From positions 42,656,001-42,720,000 of the forward strand of contig NC_043010.1 of the NCBI RefSeq assembly GCF_006345805.1: 64,000 nt of DNA, given 5' to 3'. Below, piece by piece: positions 62,270 to 64,000 of the stretch. The DNA is from Octopus sinensis. Lineage: Eukaryota. The stretch's first letter is position 1. The number at the start of each line of letters is the position of its first letter. The notes under the pieces were generated by a model. That model searched no databases, was not told the origin of the DNA, and worked only from the letters and a program-made list of their open reading frames with translations. Both the position numbers and the translations under genes were made by a program.

Positions 62270-62690
62270 AATCTCATCCAGATTGGAATCGTAGCAAAGC
62301 ACATGACAAGATCCTGCTTGAAATTTCAATGTGTGAAATGTTACTTGTGCTTGCCAGGATAGAAGGTTTCATCCCTAATATTTGAAACATTCACTTTTGA
62401 AGTTATAATGTTTAATCTTTCGGTGATGCAAAGCTCACATTTGCTGCCCCATCCCCTGTATTTGTTGGCCTCAGCTATAATGCTCCAGGTTATTTGGGAG
62501 TTGTTCATATACCTCTCTTTCAGTGTCCATACCATGTTGGATAGGGATGTTTTTATCTCTGAGTGAAGCCAAATGCTGTGTACATCTCTCTTTGAAGGTG
62601 TTTTCCATCATTTCAATATTTTGTTATTCCATTGAGATCCATGATGTTGACCTTGTTCACTAGTTCTTTTTCCAGACACCTATTGTTCAG
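62270..62690 (-). mobile_element. Penelope-like GIY-YIG C-terminal fragment (second PLE family)
   Basis: ENTFKERCTQHLAS..LSNMVWTLKE..ITWSII..Y....KCELCITERLNI....N.RDE....KHK. Confidence 0.75.
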
Positions 62691-62719
62691 GAGACAGCTG
62701 TCCATAGATCTACAATTAC

Positions 62720-63290
62720 AGGATCGTCATCACCATCATTTAACGTCCAATGTTCATGCTGGAATGGGTTGGACAGTTTGACTGGGTTGGCATGCTGGAA
62801 GGCTGCACCAGACTCCAGTCTGATTTGGCATGGTTTTCTGTGGCTAGATGCCCTTCCTAACACCAACCATTCTGAGAGTATAATGGGTGCCTTTATGTGC
62901 CACTGGCATGGGTGCCATTTGCATGATACCAGGGTGTTTTTACATGTCATTAGCATGGATACCAATTTGTGTGACACCAGTATCTGTCATGACTATGATT
63001 TTGCTCAGCTTGATGGGTCTTCTTCTCAAGCATGGCATAATACCAAAGATCTTGGTCATTGCCTCTGTGAGGCCCACCACTTGAAAGGAACTTTAACCAA
63101 TTTGCCTCCATGAGGCCCAACAGTTAAAAGGAACTCAGCCACTTCACCTCCGTGAGGCCCAATGCTCGAAAGGTGTTCTTTACGTGCCACCAGCACAGGT
63201 GCATTTGGCTGGTTGGGTCCCCTCAAGCACAACACATTACCAAAGGTTTTGATCACTAGTCATTGCCTCTGTGAGGTTCAATATATATAT
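62720..63290 (-). mobile_element. RTE 3'-UTR copy
   Basis: CATCATTTAACGTCC...GATGCCCTTCCTAACACC...GAGGCCCA repeats. Confidence 0.75.
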
Positions 63291-63291
63291 A

Positions 63292-63978
63292 TTTTGCGTT
63301 CTTGTCACATTTTGTATTTTATTTTGTATATATATAGTGGCGTATGTACACTTTGTTCTCTTATATGTAAGTTCACATTTCACTAAATATTGTACAACTT
63401 TTTCAACTCTTTCTCCCCCCCTCTCTCTCACATTCCTTTGCCTTTCTTACTCACTTTGCACTTCACTATGTCCCTCTCTCTCTCTCTTTTCTTGCCACTC
63501 CTTGATTCTTCCATCTATCTACTTCACCACACTCTCTCTCGCTCTCTCTCTCTCTTCTCCCCCTCTTTAATTCCTTTGTTCCTCTTTTTCTCTCTCTTCT
63601 CACGTGACTGTTGGCCAACTGCTAGTCCTTTTGACTGTGGTCACTGCCACATTGATATTCTTCCCTCTGCTGTAAGGCTTCATTTCCATACACGCCAGCT
63701 GAATTCAATTCGTCTTTGTTTTGTATACATTCGATGCTTTTTTTCTAAGGAATCTAATGCTCTTAGCTTAGTTTTTCCTTGGGGCTGGCCACATTGGAAC
63801 AATCTCAAGATTAATCAACTGAAATTACGAAGATGATCCAGTTCTTGACTGAAGATAAAAGGCTTCGAATGACCCGTCCGTGTCTTTATGTATCGTCTAT
63901 CTGGATGTTTTGTTGTCCCTTTTTGTATCATCTAGTTGTCCGGGTGTTTTGCGTTCTTGTCCCATTTTGTATTTTATT
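63292..63978 (+). mobile_element. PLE-type element bounded by a 32-bp direct repeat
   Basis: TTTTGCGTTCTTGTC(A/C)CATTTTGTATTTTATT at 63292 and 63947, flanked by TA runs; pseudo-LTR-like arrangement. Confidence 0.5.
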
Positions 63979-64000
63979 ATATATATATATTATATATATA

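Noticed and set aside
63855-63890. CTGAAGA...GAAT..GTC motif in the terminal PLE-like repeat
   Set aside because: Could not form stems I and II.

Overview
AT-rich, repeat-dense animal genomic DNA, very likely a coleoid cephalopod (Octopus). This is inferred from the tRNA-derived SINE families, RTE 3'-ends with (GAT)n tails and huge (TA)n arrays, not from a database match. Only one convincing host protein-coding region is present: an intronless 892-aa ORF on the minus strand (17878-20556) with eight C2H2-type zinc fingers in two clusters, embedded in poly-S/G/N/H/Q tracts. A CpG-retaining, TE-free island at about 42.1-44.15 kb has outward-facing splice donors and looks like a bidirectional promoter that may drive this gene through non-coding exons. 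Most of the rest is nested transposon debris: mariners, Tc1, pogo, hAT and piggyBac MITEs, Helitrons, RTE/CR1/HERO/L1-like LINEs, Penelope-like elements (PLEs), a Gypsy LTR element and SINEs. There is also a 27-bp minisatellite and an 801-bp tandem duplication. The most unusual signal is a set of minimal hammerhead ribozyme folds in PLE-type repeats whose core 3-8 base pair covaries (C-G, U-A and A-U), including a palindrome with a hammerhead on each strand. All calls were made by eye; no searches or folding programs were run, and boundaries of degraded repeats are approximate.
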